A DNA stretch of 63,752 nt, counting the filler, from Catajapyx aquilonaris (taxonomy: Eukaryota): NCBI GenBank assembly GCA_000934665.2. It is 3 parts of 3 records of this genome, joined end to end, with 100 filler letters (N's around TTAATTAATTAA, not from the genome) between each part and the next. Parts side by side here need not be neighbours in the genome. Positions count along the whole stretch, not along the records: positions 21,342 to 42,494 come from JYFJ02006121.1; positions 42,595 to 63,752 come from KZ539481.1; 1 more part is not named here. The stretch is one strand, 5' to 3'. This document shows, one piece after another, positions 40,814-52,689 of this stretch (positions are counted from its first letter, which is position 1; every line of letters starts with the position of its first letter). The notes under the pieces were generated by a model, which made no database searches, was not told where the DNA came from, and worked only from the letters and a program-made list of their open reading frames with translations. The position numbers were made by a program, and so were the translations under genes.

Positions 40814-42494
40814 TTCATTGTTGAAGAAAAAGCTCGGATATATAGAGCAGAGAAATTTCAGAACAACAATTTTCCCATGCGATTTTTTAAACTTTAAACG
40901 TTCATAATGTTGAAAGCAGTAAACAAGTGAATGTGACAACCAGGATTGGTACCGGACACAGCAGTATTTTGGACTAGGTTTTTGGTGCGTCAAATGCCCT
41001 TGGAAACCTTCGAACAAAGAGGGTACTGACAGTGGTGACCTTACCTTCCTGTCCCTTGCGAATTATTTGCGTCCCCTGCTTTTAGAGCGCAGGTTATAGG
41101 ATATTCAGTAACAAACTTATTTCTGCAACTAATCTGATTATTTCCGCACGTATATACTTAAGCTAGAAGACATTGATTGATTTAGGACAGGGTTGGCATA
41201 TGGTGCAAAAGTTTATAGGGCAGTTAAATCTATTTTGAGCCAGGTTATAGGACATTTTGACATTTTAAGATTCTGAATCCACGTCCAGTCCGGTCTAATC
41301 CGTTGCCTGGAATTCATCTCCAGAATGTCAAGAAGCCTTCGAACACACTCATTCTTCCTCGGTTCGTACGTAATGAGAGTCAGTTCGGTGCCAGCGGCAG
41401 GTGCACTTTGTTCCAGGTCATCCCCAGATAACCCGTACACAAAAAAACACGCTAAAACAATCCGTAAATCCAGTCACGTCTGGCTCGCATCCGGAATAGT
41501 CAACTCCGGAATCCCGGATATCGATAAATCCCCTCGTGATTAAAGTCATTTCTTTTTCTTTAAGAGTGCGTTGTCAACCAAAGCGGAGATACTCCGGATG
41601 TTAAATATTTTTTGAAACACGGGTTAGGGCTCTAAAAGTTCTATGTTTAGAACCAGGCCACTGCAGCCAATAGTCCCGGGGATCCCGATGCTGAAAACCA
41701 GGAAGGGATTGATGCAAAAATCGCGGGTTAGAAACGTATATTTTTTAAAGAGTCCGCTCGACTGGCAACAAGCCCGGAGTTAAATCTTTAGAGAGGTGTA
41801 GAGGAGAAAAACTGTCGGTTTTTTTGTGTTATCCTCCATTGCCCTTTAGAGCTAGAAATAGATCGGCGCAGTATGGCGGATAGTTTGTGTCAGGTAGAGA
41901 GAAACTGACATAACGTTGAGTTTGCGCCGACAGATAGCTATGCTTTTGCTCCTCCCGTGACAGTTTGCTTGAGATTTTGGCGAGGTTGGACATGTGTTGG
42001 AGCTATTTGCATTTGCTGTATAGAAGGCGCATTTAACCGACTGTTAATTGGTTGCTTTTCAACGGTGTGGACAGGCGAAGGTTGTCTTAACTATGAGGCT
42101 TTTCATCTGAAGGAAATCCATTAGTCTGTGGGTGTACCGTGGAGGTTGCACCTTTCTGATTGGTTGACTGTCACGGTTGTCTGCTTTCACCGAAAACGAT
42201 ACGTGAGATTGGCTCATGTCATTCGCGTACACTGCGCATGCGCCAGCTGGATGTGACGTCAGACCTATCGGCCACAATAGTCTCTCTCCTTTTATTTATT
42301 TATTTTTAATATTTATTTATTTATTTATGACAACTTATAGAGTAAAGAAATCGACTTGATTACACTTGCTACTTTGTTGACAAAAACTTTAGAATTAATA
42401 CAGGGTGGTCCAAGTTCAAGTGTCGTTTTATAACGGCGATTAATAGCAGTGATTTTGCGATGACGTAGCAGCGACGCGTAAAATGTCCCACTTC

Positions 42495-42594
42495 NNNNNN
42501 NNNNNNNNNNNNNNNNNNNNNNNNNNNNNNNNNNNNNNTTAATTAATTAANNNNNNNNNNNNNNNNNNNNNNNNNNNNNNNNNNNNNNNNNNNN
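42495..42594. other. Artificial contig-joining spacer (N44-TTAATTAATTAA-N44)
   Basis: Same 100-bp structure as 21242-21341. Confidence 0.97.
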
Positions 42595-42689
42595 TGCAAC
42601 AGAGTGATGGAATGTATGTTTACGGGCATGGGCTAGCTAGTTATGAACAAAAATCCCAAATCCCAGACCAAGGCTAGTTCCCCATTGCT

Positions 42690-43066
42690 TGTTTGGTTAT
42701 TTGACACTTGTTAGAAAACAAGATTGGCAAAATTCGTGATTCGAGAAGACTTTTTCTCATTGCCAAGGAAATTCCAACTGGACAACAATGACATAGAATG
42801 TTGCCAGTGGCCAGTCTCATCTCTCGTTGCCTAGAAACCCAAGGACATCCCTCTCTAGACTTGACCTTAGCGGAAAGAGTGAACCCGGAAAACCGGAAGT
42901 GGCCAGTCACCGGGAAGTTGATCTTGAAACATACATGCTGAATCCGAATCCGAAAACAGTTTGTCGCTATCTCTTGCGGTTTAGGCCCTGATACCTGTCC
43001 ACAGACGGACGGACGGACGGACAGAGCCGTTCTATAAGCCTTTTTTTGTAGAGAAAATGTCTAAAA
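42690..43066. mobile_element. Possible DINE-1/HINE-like (Helentron-associated) element with a (GACG)n microsatellite
   Basis: ...gaatccgaatccg...ctatctcttgcggttta...cagacggacggacggacggacagagccgttctataagcc. The architecture resembles DINE-1-like elements; boundaries are uncertain. Confidence 0.4.
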
Positions 43067-44088
43067 TCATGTAGGATTGAGTCTTATTGAAAATATTTGA
43101 CCTATGGCAATTTTTTAGCTGTTAAAAGTTAAAACACACTGTATGAGTACCAATTACTTATAAATAAATGACATATCTTTTTTTATGCATGACAACCATG
43201 CCACACCCCCTGCATACGTGAAAGGTACTACAATGAGGCTTCCTTTCCCTGGTGAATCATCTATTCGTGTATTTTGAGCTAATGTGTGAAGGAGCACATG
43301 ATGTTTACCTGTAGTTCTAATTGGTCAGAAATGTTAGTTAATTATGGTACAAGTACTTCCTTCCTTCCCCACCTGTTCCAAATTACAGGTCATGTCCACG
43401 AATTTTTAATCATATTTCCAGCACAAACCAAATGTCTATCATAATACTGCCTATAGATCATGACTTATTGTGGTACAGCACATAAAAAAGACTTTTATTA
43501 TAGCCAGGAGCTAATAATAGTCTATTATTAGCTCAATTGGCACATCTGTGCTATAGGCTACTATTCTGTGTGGCTTTTCAGTGCCGTAAGCTGACGCTAT
43601 AACAACATAATTTCCGGGAGCACAGAGTTTAGCACAAAAACAATTTAACCTGATGTACGAGCTAAAGTACAGTGCAGTAGGATATATATTATCCAATATA
43701 TTATTGGAGCAGGCTTCAAAAAGCGTACGGTTGACTGGAATTTCCATAACACCACAAGATAGACGCATTTGAGGATAGAGTAGCACATCTAGCAGCTGGG
43801 GTAGCGAAAAGGAGGAAAACCAAGTGGTATATACTCAAGGTTACATATGCGAAAGGGTTTTGACCTCGGAAGGAATATGTTAAATTCGGACAGGACGAGG
43901 GTAGGGATTGTAATTTTCGAATTTTTGCTGTTTTCACATGATTCATGACTTCTAACATGGCAATACCATCCGGGAGACAGCAAACTTGCTCTGACATATT
44001 TTCTTTGACGCGCATAGGCTAAGGATTTCTAGGGGGCCCTGTTTACTTCGAAAGCATGTTATTTTGAAAAGCAAACAAAACCACTAAC

Positions 44089-45085
44089 ATTTTTATCCAG
44101 CTCTCTCTCCTCCAAGTCGTCCAGGAATGTATTGAGAGCAGCATCTACACTTCGGACTGCTTTTTTGCATTGAGGCGACTCGGGTCCGAACCGATGTCCC
44201 ATGCTGTCCACGTGCTCAATATATGCCTGTCAAGTTGGAATGCGAATTAAGTGTACAATGTATGGAAAAGTACGCAGCATGCTGCAATAACGAGTCTAAA
44301 TTCACCATGACAAGGTCAAATCCTTCCTCCAGAGCAGTGACAGATTTGTTCATGACCCTCGCAATGCCCCCATCTCCAGGAGTGCTCTCGAATCCTTCAC
44401 ATTCTTCCGGTAATATGTGTTCAAATTTAACGTCACACCTGCAGTATGATGAATGTTAATATCAATAACTTTTTGTCACAATTATTTTTCTCATAATAAA
44501 TTGCGGCAGCGAAGAAGCTGTATTTGCTATACTTTCTAAGATTTTCAAAACATAAAAATTAATATGCACCCAGTTAAGTCGGCCTGTGACCACATATGCA
44601 AAATAACTGGAGGCCAGAAGTGTTACTATGGATGAATATAGTTAGTAGAAAGTGGAAAAAAATTTAGTGACCTGGACCACTGAAAAAGTGCAGCTTTTTT
44701 TCCGAAGTTGGTGGCAGTGATCCAGATTGGCTCAATGCTGGTCCACCAGTGCTCCTTACTAGTTTGGCTAGTGTTGAAGAGGGTAAAAACTTCTTCCAGC
44801 TTCATGTCATAGAAGTAGTTGCCCACAATGTTGTGATTTTCTGCGTACAGTCCTATTTTGCAAGGAGCATGTGCGATATGAATAACCAACAGTTATCAGG
44901 GCAAATATTTATAATTTACGTAATTATGGACCTGACACAGCTTGGCATATGATGATTAAATGTTATTGCACTGACAGCATTTATGATCGAGAGCAAGGTC
45001 GATGTGTATGACAAATCAAGTACTCGTATTATTGGCATGCAGATATCGGCATAACTACATAAGCCTACTGGTACTGCCATTATTA

Positions 45086-45159
<74 letters not shown>

Positions 45160-45512
45160 TACTACTATTATTATTGTCACCTACCTGTGCTTAATGTTGT
45201 CCAGCTTGGGTATGAAATGGTCGGAAAAATTGGCTGAACCCATTCAGCTTTTACCCCATTTGCTAATAGCCTATCGAAGCCCTTTAATCGCCCTTGTTGA
45301 AGGTCCATATAATCCCAGCGGAAGCTGCACAAAAAACGGGAATGAGATAAACACCGTGCAGAAAGCATGAATAATGTTGGTGAAATGGTAAATTACCCGT
45401 CTATTAAAAGGACGAAGAGACTGTGGCCTTCGTTCACTTCTTCATCAGTGGGCATGCATGTGGTTAGAGTCCCAAGAAGCAAGAACGAGAGACCTAATAG
45501 TAGTTTATTCAT
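44089..45512 (-). CDS. ENPP6-like ectonucleotide pyrophosphatase/phosphodiesterase (alkaline-phosphatase superfamily), N-terminal five exons, with signal peptide
   Basis: Exons (minus) 45512-45397, 45324-45185, 44852-44672, 44438-44306, 44226-44089, all phase-compatible. Translation: MNKLLLGLSFLLLGTLTTC...LFVLLIDGFRWDY...IFPTISYPSWTTLSTGLYAENHNIVGNYFYD...WWTSIEPIWIT...YIEHVDSMGHRFGPES. These match the NPP DGFRxDY, active-site and DxxGH motifs. Ser at the nucleophile position is characteristic of ENPP6. Confidence 0.9.
45080..45175. repeat. (TTA)n microsatellite in ENPP intron 2
   Basis: About 30 TTA/CTA units ending about 10 bp from the exon-2 donor. Confidence 0.95.
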
Positions 45513-47668
45513 TGTCTGAAACGGGGGATGAAAATAAAATCAATGCTGTGCAATATAATTAACATTTTGAGTAACTTATTTAACGTGCAGTGTACAGTGT
45601 ATTATGACGACATCGTTTCCATGCATGAGTTCATATTAATTATACATGATCAATTTCTTAGCATATATTTTTAGAGAATACAAGGGGAAGTAGAGGTCAC
45701 TATACCGCATGTGCCTATTAAGCATGGCAAATTGATAACGACAATTACGTACATCTCGCTTGATCCAAAGGGACGGCTGACTAGACGCATTGATATCAGT
45801 GAAAATAATGTGACACACAAACGAGAAGCAAATATTGCACATCGATATTAGAGGGCAGTTTAATGTTTATGGCGAAGTCGGCTTTTCACTTATGGAATTC
45901 CACTTTGTGGAGCATAATGTTTTTTCCCCTCTCTATTACAGTACGGCACTTTGTTGTTGGTTTAAGGCGGAAATCATGTTCTACTTGGGAGGCTACTTTG
46001 TTTTTGTGTAAAAGGATGATCTCATGTGCAGAAAATGTGACCTGCCACAAAGCCTTGCTGAATCTTGCCTAACTTCACCTTCATGTAGCATAATTACCAC
46101 TGACAACTTTAAATTGGTACAAAACAACTACACAGCCAAGAAAATTCCGCACGTTTTTGTCCTCATCTGAGGTTTTTTGGTCGCATTTTTTTTCGGCTGA
46201 ATCATAATAAACCACAATGAGAAGACACAAGACAGATGACGCCCTTCACATCTGTGGCAAGTCAAATTGAAAAACAAGTGGGCTACCCTGCATGGCACAC
46301 CATAATTTGCCGAATCGATGTCACTAGAAGAAGCAGCAGTTTTTAGTTATAATTGGTGTAGGGGAAGGTGGGGCACAATCAGACAATTTTTAATTACAAT
46401 TTTTAAGCAATTTTATTTTCCAAGGTAAATGCACCAAACAAATTCGTCATGTAGCCTACTTATAACCTGTGCTAAGAGGCCTAAGACAAGCACGACAACC
46501 TAATAGTTTCATATTAGGCGGCATAAAAATATAATAAGTGAACATATGCAAAATCTGTTTGATTGTACCCCACCCTCCCCTACTAAGGGAACAATAAAGG
46601 TAAATAATAAAGGGTGGCGGAATGAAGCATTCGACGGAAATATATGCCGTTTCTAAAATTAGTAAAAAGTAAAATGCACATCTTTTAATATAAAACTGTG
46701 CTTTCATTTGAGGACTACCCTCTAATTTTTATAAGGTCCAAATGACATCACTTTTGTTACCATTGTTAATGTAACTTGATTAGCTTCGCTTATAGAAATC
46801 AGAGTATAAACTTTGTTTATACATGCCAATATCCTTATGATTTCAATACTTCAAATTTTGCTATATCTATAATCCTTCTGAAACTCCCGCCTACTGGGAT
46901 TGTACAGGATATTATTAATTTTAACCGTTTGGCTCAGGAATTACCATATCTGATGGCTTATATTGGCTGTGATTGTATGACAAAAACTGCACTAAACCCT
47001 GACTTAAACTTAAATACTACGTAATTGTACCAGAAATAAATGATAGCAACTTAAATTTAACTGTAAATCCGTAATTACAAAAATCTTATTCTAACCTTTT
47101 GCTGCTTCGGCAGATAAAAATCAGGTCAAAGCCACATTGAAGTCTGGGTACTCTTGTGAAGTAAACTGGCTCTCGTCCTATTCTCACATCCTATATAGCC
47201 TGCATTACCCACATGGTTGGAAATACGACATACACTTGAGTCAAAATTAACACTTCCTTTCACCTCTACTGCAGTGGCCTCCCAATTTCGGAGCAGTATT
47301 AATAGCCTCGCATACGAAGGCTTATCTTGAGACAGGATACATTTTGGGTCCTCAATTTTTGATTTTAACCTGCGCGAAAGCTGCCGTAAACAAAAACATC
47401 GCACTTATGCTGCAGTTCACTAATTATTATTATTGAAGACTCCATACTTTGCTACAATATAATTATATGCTATATGAACTCGGGTGTTCCTTCAGCTAGG
47501 ACGATACCTTGTCCTATTCTAAAGCCATCATGTTTGGTTTCGAGGCTTAAGACCGGTTGTATGAAAGCCACTGAATTATGAACCGATCTTCGATTATGTA
47601 TACGTATTTACAATACATACGATACGTACAATCCGATGTGATAGGAGATTTCCACCTTGAGTTGATAT

Positions 47669-48020
47669 TTATTTTATTGTTTAATTTTTTTTAAATACCC
47701 CGTGATACGTACAACTGGAAATCGTTATAGAGGGCAGACCACCATAAGTTTTCTAGTATGGTTTACTTCGCTCTCCGGTGCATGGAATCAAGGAGGTAGG
47801 GGAAGGAAATGGATTTTCGGGGGAGGGGACACGGGTGCAAGTGCAATGTCAAGCGCTGAGCCATGTGCAGTCCCCCAGCAGGTCAGGTTGCCACACACCT
47901 CCAAGGTGAGGGTCAGAGGCCCTCCTGACGCAGCCGAAAGGGAAATCCCGGGCGGGATCGAACCCAGGACCTTTCGATCAGCAAGCCGAGATGTTACCAA
48001 CTCGCCTCCCCCCCCCCCCC
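47669..48020 (-). mobile_element. SINE family A
   Basis: Aligns with the other A copies. 10-bp TSD gagttgatat at 47659-47668 and 48021-48030. Confidence 0.85.
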
Positions 48021-48531
48021 GAGTTGATATACAACTGTGGAGTGACCAATCAAAACGCAACAAACGCCAAAATTTTCAAAATCGAGTTATAGGTGGTAGC
48101 ACGTCCTTGAGGCTCGGGTCTACGTGTGTGTTAGATTGTGACATTTCTAAATGCAATATCTACCGTGTTATAAGGGCTGGAAAATGGAGTGTTGCTTCAA
48201 AACGCAATATGTGACCTATACCGGCTCCTTCAAAATGCAACATGCGCCAAGCAGCCGATGGCGGGAAAGTGGGATGCGCAACTGTTACAAATGGCCGCCG
48301 ATATCTTATCAACCCCATAGAGTAAGCCCGGAGCATCCTTCTAGACCGTGGCCCGGAGTAAGCTAACCAGCCCACACAGTACTACAGTAGTATACGTATG
48401 TCATTGTTCTCATCGACTCGCTCCAACCCCGAAGGGTGTATAAGTAATAAAATTTAAAAAAATAGCTAATAATGTTCTCATGATTAGCATTGTGTTTAGA
48501 TAATAATTAGTGTCAAGGATATGGTAAGGTA

Positions 48532-48600
48532 TGGAAAGCCTCTGCAGTCGGAATTAAGGACGAGTTACTCGTCCTTAATTCCGACTGCAGAGGCTTTCCA
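48532..48600. repeat. Perfect 69-bp palindrome
   Basis: 34-bp arms tggaaagcctctgcagtcggaattaaggacgagt around a single central T. Confidence 0.95.
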
Positions 48601-48714
48601 GTTTTTATTATTTTACCATTGCGTGCATATGGAATATCCTGCAAGGCTTATCCTCCTGCGACCAAAGCTGCTAGACGTGTGGTGTGATATCAATGTGACA
48701 TACTGAGGCGTTCA

Positions 48715-48999
48715 ACCGAAGCAGTGGTGGCGGAAGGGATATGGTATCCGACTGCTAATCGGGAGGTCCTGGGTTCGAATCCCGGTGGCGGCAACTCTAA
48801 CCGTGGTTTTCTGTGGTTTCCCACGGTTCCTCCAGGAGAATTCCGGAGTTGTTTCCTAAAATGATAGGCCACAGCCGCCTCCTGCCGTTCCTATCCTATC
48901 CCAAAAAGCGCAGTAAAATCAAAACGAAGAGTTCCAGTCAAAAAAAAATTATCCCCCCTGAAGAGCTGATAACGGGGTATGAATTATTATTATTTATAT
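48715..48999 (+). mobile_element. SINE family B (short variant)
   Basis: tRNA-like head ending GGTTCGAATCCC. 15-bp TSD atactgaggcgttca at 48700-48714 and 49000-49014. Confidence 0.88.
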
Positions 49000-49610
49000 A
49001 TACTGAGGCGTTCAGAATATTTATCTCACACGAGTATCGTATCGACCAAAAATCTCGCGGACGCTCCTTTCTAGTCAATCCCGTCGATTCACCTGAAATG
49101 TAGCAGTGATTAGACTACACATACCATTGGAATGCTCATTTAATGGATTTTTTCATGGTAAACAAACAGGGGTTGGACAAAATAATAGGCCCCCCTGCAA
49201 AAAGCGGTTGAAAATTCATCACGCCTGCTTTATTATTCAAAAAATGGAATAGTTACAAAGGTGACGTTTACATGCATGGTTTTGAAGCTCTGTCGATTGA
49301 TGTAGGCTACTTTGTGGAAGTATGGAGATGACGGAAAAATCACTAGAGAGTCACAAAAGACGAACGACCCCCCCCCCCCCCCCCCCCCNCCCCCCCGCAA
49401 GGCCATATTTTTGACCAACGTGTCCCACCATTTTCACTTGAAAACGAAAATGGTTACAGAGATGACCAATAATAATATCACGCGTGGGGGAGGGGGGAAG
49501 AGAAACGACACCCCCTTCCCTGGCACTGATTTTAAGAATAGGCGATTTTTTTTTTGGTCGTGAGTCATTTTAACATATTTTTACGCCCTATAGAAACCCT
49601 TTTAAATATA

Positions 49611-50004
49611 CAGGGTGTTTCATGTAATAAATTCGGGACAGACTTCTAAGGGCAGTGTGTAGCAGTGTAGGGGGTGCCTAGAGAAGCAACTATTTGAGAT
49701 TGGACAGGACACCCATGGTCGGAAGTCGGAAAGGAGCTACAAAGCCTCGAAGGTCCACTGGCATCCCATCATTGTAACAATACATTATTGTTATCTTATT
49801 CCATTGTGCTCATTGTTTAGTTGTTATAAATAATTTCAGTTCAACAATTGAATAATATATTGTTACGATAATGGGATTTTGAAGGCCCTGTAGCGCCGCG
49901 GCGTTGGGATGGGTTTCCGACCATGGGTGTCCCATCTCAAATTGCTTCTCTAGGCAGCCCCTACACACCCTAGAAGTCTGTCCCGAATTACAGGAAACAC
50001 CCTG
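49611..50004. mobile_element. Tc1/mariner-type MITE with long imperfect TIRs
   Basis: TA|cagggtgtttc...aattcgggacagacttcta...gacacccatggtcggaa mirrored by ttccgaccatgggtgtc...tagaagtctgtcccgaatt...gaaacaccctg|TA. Confidence 0.88.
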
Positions 50005-50583
50005 TATGTTTTGTGCAATGTGTGTAGTTGACAGCCTAACAATGAAATGTTAATTCCAAGGAAGCAAGGTCAACGGATATTTCTGTTATTGTTCTAAATA
50101 TCAGCTGAATGCCTCTAGGTAGGGCATTTACCATATGACATGAGCCTGCTTTCAGCAAAATCAGCAAAATTTTGCAACAAATCAAAAAATAAACGAGCCA
50201 TTTGCTCTCTTCTTGAGGGAAATGCTTGGCTAGTACCCTAGTAACCCATGACCCATATGTTGAGCTTCATGGGTTCGACTCGTTCGAGGTAATACTCGCC
50301 ATAGGCTTATAGCCGATCTTTGCGTACCGGTATGAGAAGAGACAATTGACCGGCAATCTGGATCTGGTTCCAGGCTGTTCGGAAGGATGGGTCACTACGA
50401 ATTAAACAGCTAGACTTTCTTACATCAGCACCTACGGACTTCTCTAACAGTGGCCATACTGGCTTTATGTTTCGTCGGTGTTATTGTTTTTTTGTTTAAT
50501 ATGTAGTTAAGTAAGGTAGGTGCCCTAGGGGTGGACCTGGACCCGTTAAGGAAAAATTTCACATCGGACACTCTATGCAGGGG

Positions 50584-50779
50584 AATTAGTGTAAGATATC
50601 CTCGATTTTTTTTTTTTTTTCGAGGATATCTTACACTAATTACGAACATGTTAAATGTGGCGCGAATATGCACTGGATGAAAGAGCAAGTTTCGACGATT
50701 CGACCGATATTAAATATCGGTCGAATCGTCGAAACTTGCTCTTTCATCCAGTGCATATTCGCGCCACATTTAACATGTT
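50584..50779. repeat. Two adjacent palindromes: a 22-bp-arm hairpin with a poly-T loop (50584-50641) and a perfect 135-bp palindrome (50645-50779)
   Basis: Arms read directly from the sequence. The second has 67-bp arms around a single A at 50712. Confidence 0.95.
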
Positions 50780-50923
50780 AGTCTTGCGTATTTCTTTGTA
50801 TGGAAGACAGTGTGCACATGCTCCAGTTCTGGATCTCCAAAATGACGACTGCCATAGTGGCACGCCACCCACTCATGCCCCAGTTCTGGGACGCGTCTTG
50901 CTCTCCTTGTGAGGAATTTTTTA

Positions 50924-51147
50924 CGCGTTTTTCCTATCCTTGTGAGGAATTTTGTCATTACGAGTAGTTTTCCTGTACCTCATAGTGAACACACGCCTCA
51001 CAAAGATAGGGTAAAATCGAAACAATACCTCATAAAGACAGTAAAAATATATTTCACCAAAATTTCGCGTGTTTCCTTATAGGTTAGGTTAGGTTGGTTT
51101 TAAATTTTAAATTTTGGAAAAACCTCACAAGGATAGGAATGCGCGCC
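50924..51147. mobile_element. Small MITE with internal (TTAGG)n
   Basis: cgcg...ttcctatccttgtgagg / cctcacaaggataggaa...cgcg inverted ends; taggttaggttagg at about 51079-51093. Confidence 0.6.
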
Positions 51148-52214
51148 TGTGTGGACACCCTCCTGTATACCATATTTACTGGGGTTGTGTGAATATCATC
51201 AGGGAAGGGTAAGTTTTACCCGGTTTTACTACAGTGATTCCCCTCCAGATGAAGTCCCCTCCAAAAAAAATTCTTTGCCTTAATTTTTTATGGATCACCC
51301 ATATAAAACTTTGTCTACATAAGATTGACGCAAAAGGACACCGAATCTGGAAAATTTGAAGCATTTATATCCCTTCCCACTCAAAAAACCCCAAGTAACA
51401 CTTCCACTGATTTGTATGCAAGGTTTTACTTTCTACGTGTCTCTTAGCGAATGGGAATAATCAGTCAACCTGAAAGGGATGTGAAAAGAAGCCAGATGTC
51501 TCATTTCCACTCAATATTGCCGCGTTCAATTGTTATTTAGGTTCTATGTCTCCAGTGAGCCACTACTGGGGCATCACGGTCCACTACTGGGGCCCCACCT
51601 ACCTTACGTTCCTTATTTCTGTTTGCGGAGAAAATAGCATTTCAAATGAAATAAAACTTGATATTTAACAAGCCCAAATGATCAAATTTTAAAAACATTC
51701 CATCGTCATTACTGGTGTCATTCAGTTTAATAGTTTGACTTGCACTTGTTTACATGCAGAAAGCAGAAAATCCTGGCTTCCTGACTCATTATGAAACTTT
51801 TGGACTGAATGCACATGAGCAAACATTAGAGCAGAAAAACTGTAACTCAGTGGTATTAATGACAGAAACCACCATAATTGGACTCACAATCAGTGATTTT
51901 CTCTCATATGCTGACACACATGTTATTGTGGGGTGATGTATAGCTTCTAGTACGTACCAGCAGTGCATGCAAAATTCAAGAAGAGAGACAAAGAACAGAT
52001 GAAGGCATAGTGCACCCCCCCCCCCCCCCCAATGAAGTCATGCCTGAGAGACATCAGAGAGCAGCCCAGATGCCACAGGTCCTGGAGTGGCTAGTCCCTC
52101 TCATCAGCCATCAGGTAGTCAACAGCCAGGGCAAAGTAGGGGACATATACCCAAATGGTGACACTCAGGTTGAGTGAGCCTTAGGACCAATTGGTTTACC
52201 ATTCCTGACCATAG

Positions 52215-52410
52215 GGTTTGGCACAGTGGTGATTGCTATGCAATCTTACATCTCTACTGTCCCACCTTCAGTTGGAGAGGAATTTCTCATATGGAAAGTT
52301 TCAATCGGTCCTCTCAGTGCTTGCATAGGTTTTCTTAGGGTTGTTCAATTTCCTCCCAGTATCAAAATTCATCACACCAGCACAGTTAATGAGTAGGGTA
52401 ATTCCACCAT
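52215..52410 (+). mobile_element. Decayed SINE family C copy
   Basis: gcataggttttcttagggttgttcaatttcctcccagtatcaaaattcatcaca matches the family C core. Confidence 0.6.
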
Positions 52411-52615
52411 AAATGACACAACATTTGGAAGGGATTCATGCTGTACTTATATTTCTTGCATTGGCAAATGTAAATGGAAAAGGAATTTAAAATTATTCCC
52501 GTGGCAGCCTGCTCCTGGTAGCCTATTGCCATATTTTTAGAATTTCACAACAGTAACTTGAATGGACCCTGTAAAATATTAATGTAATGTAACTGACGCA
52601 TCATGAAAAGGACAA

Positions 52616-52689
52616 GGGATGGAATTTCCGTCCCACTGATAGTTACTGCTAAGTTAGCAGTAACTATTAGTGAGACGAAAATTCCACCC
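52616..52689. repeat. Imperfect palindrome with a 1-nt centre
   Basis: tggaattt.cgtc.cact.atagttactgctaa-g-ttagcagtaactat.agtg.gacg.aaattcca. Confidence 0.85.

Noticed and set aside
45002..45370. Poly-Ile hydrophobic ORFs (also 11540-11803)
   Set aside because: They are translations of (TTA)n/(TAA)n microsatellites; this one is antisense to ENPP exon 2.
47702..48214. Family of similar short ORFs (PQEVRLPDTS.../RRLGCQTPP...) at 3623, 9149, 13083, 15049, 47702 and 53783
   Set aside because: Chance frames through SINE A copies; the frame is not conserved between copies.
48721..48793. tRNA-Ser(GCT)-like gene (also 57908-57980 and the heads of SINEs A and C)
   Set aside because: The acceptor stem does not pair well, there is no Ser-type variable arm, and each copy continues into a shared body and tail with TSDs. 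These are SINE heads, not tRNA genes.
51079..51097. Telomere-like TTAGG repeats
   Set aside because: Only about three units, inside a small MITE; not a chromosome end.
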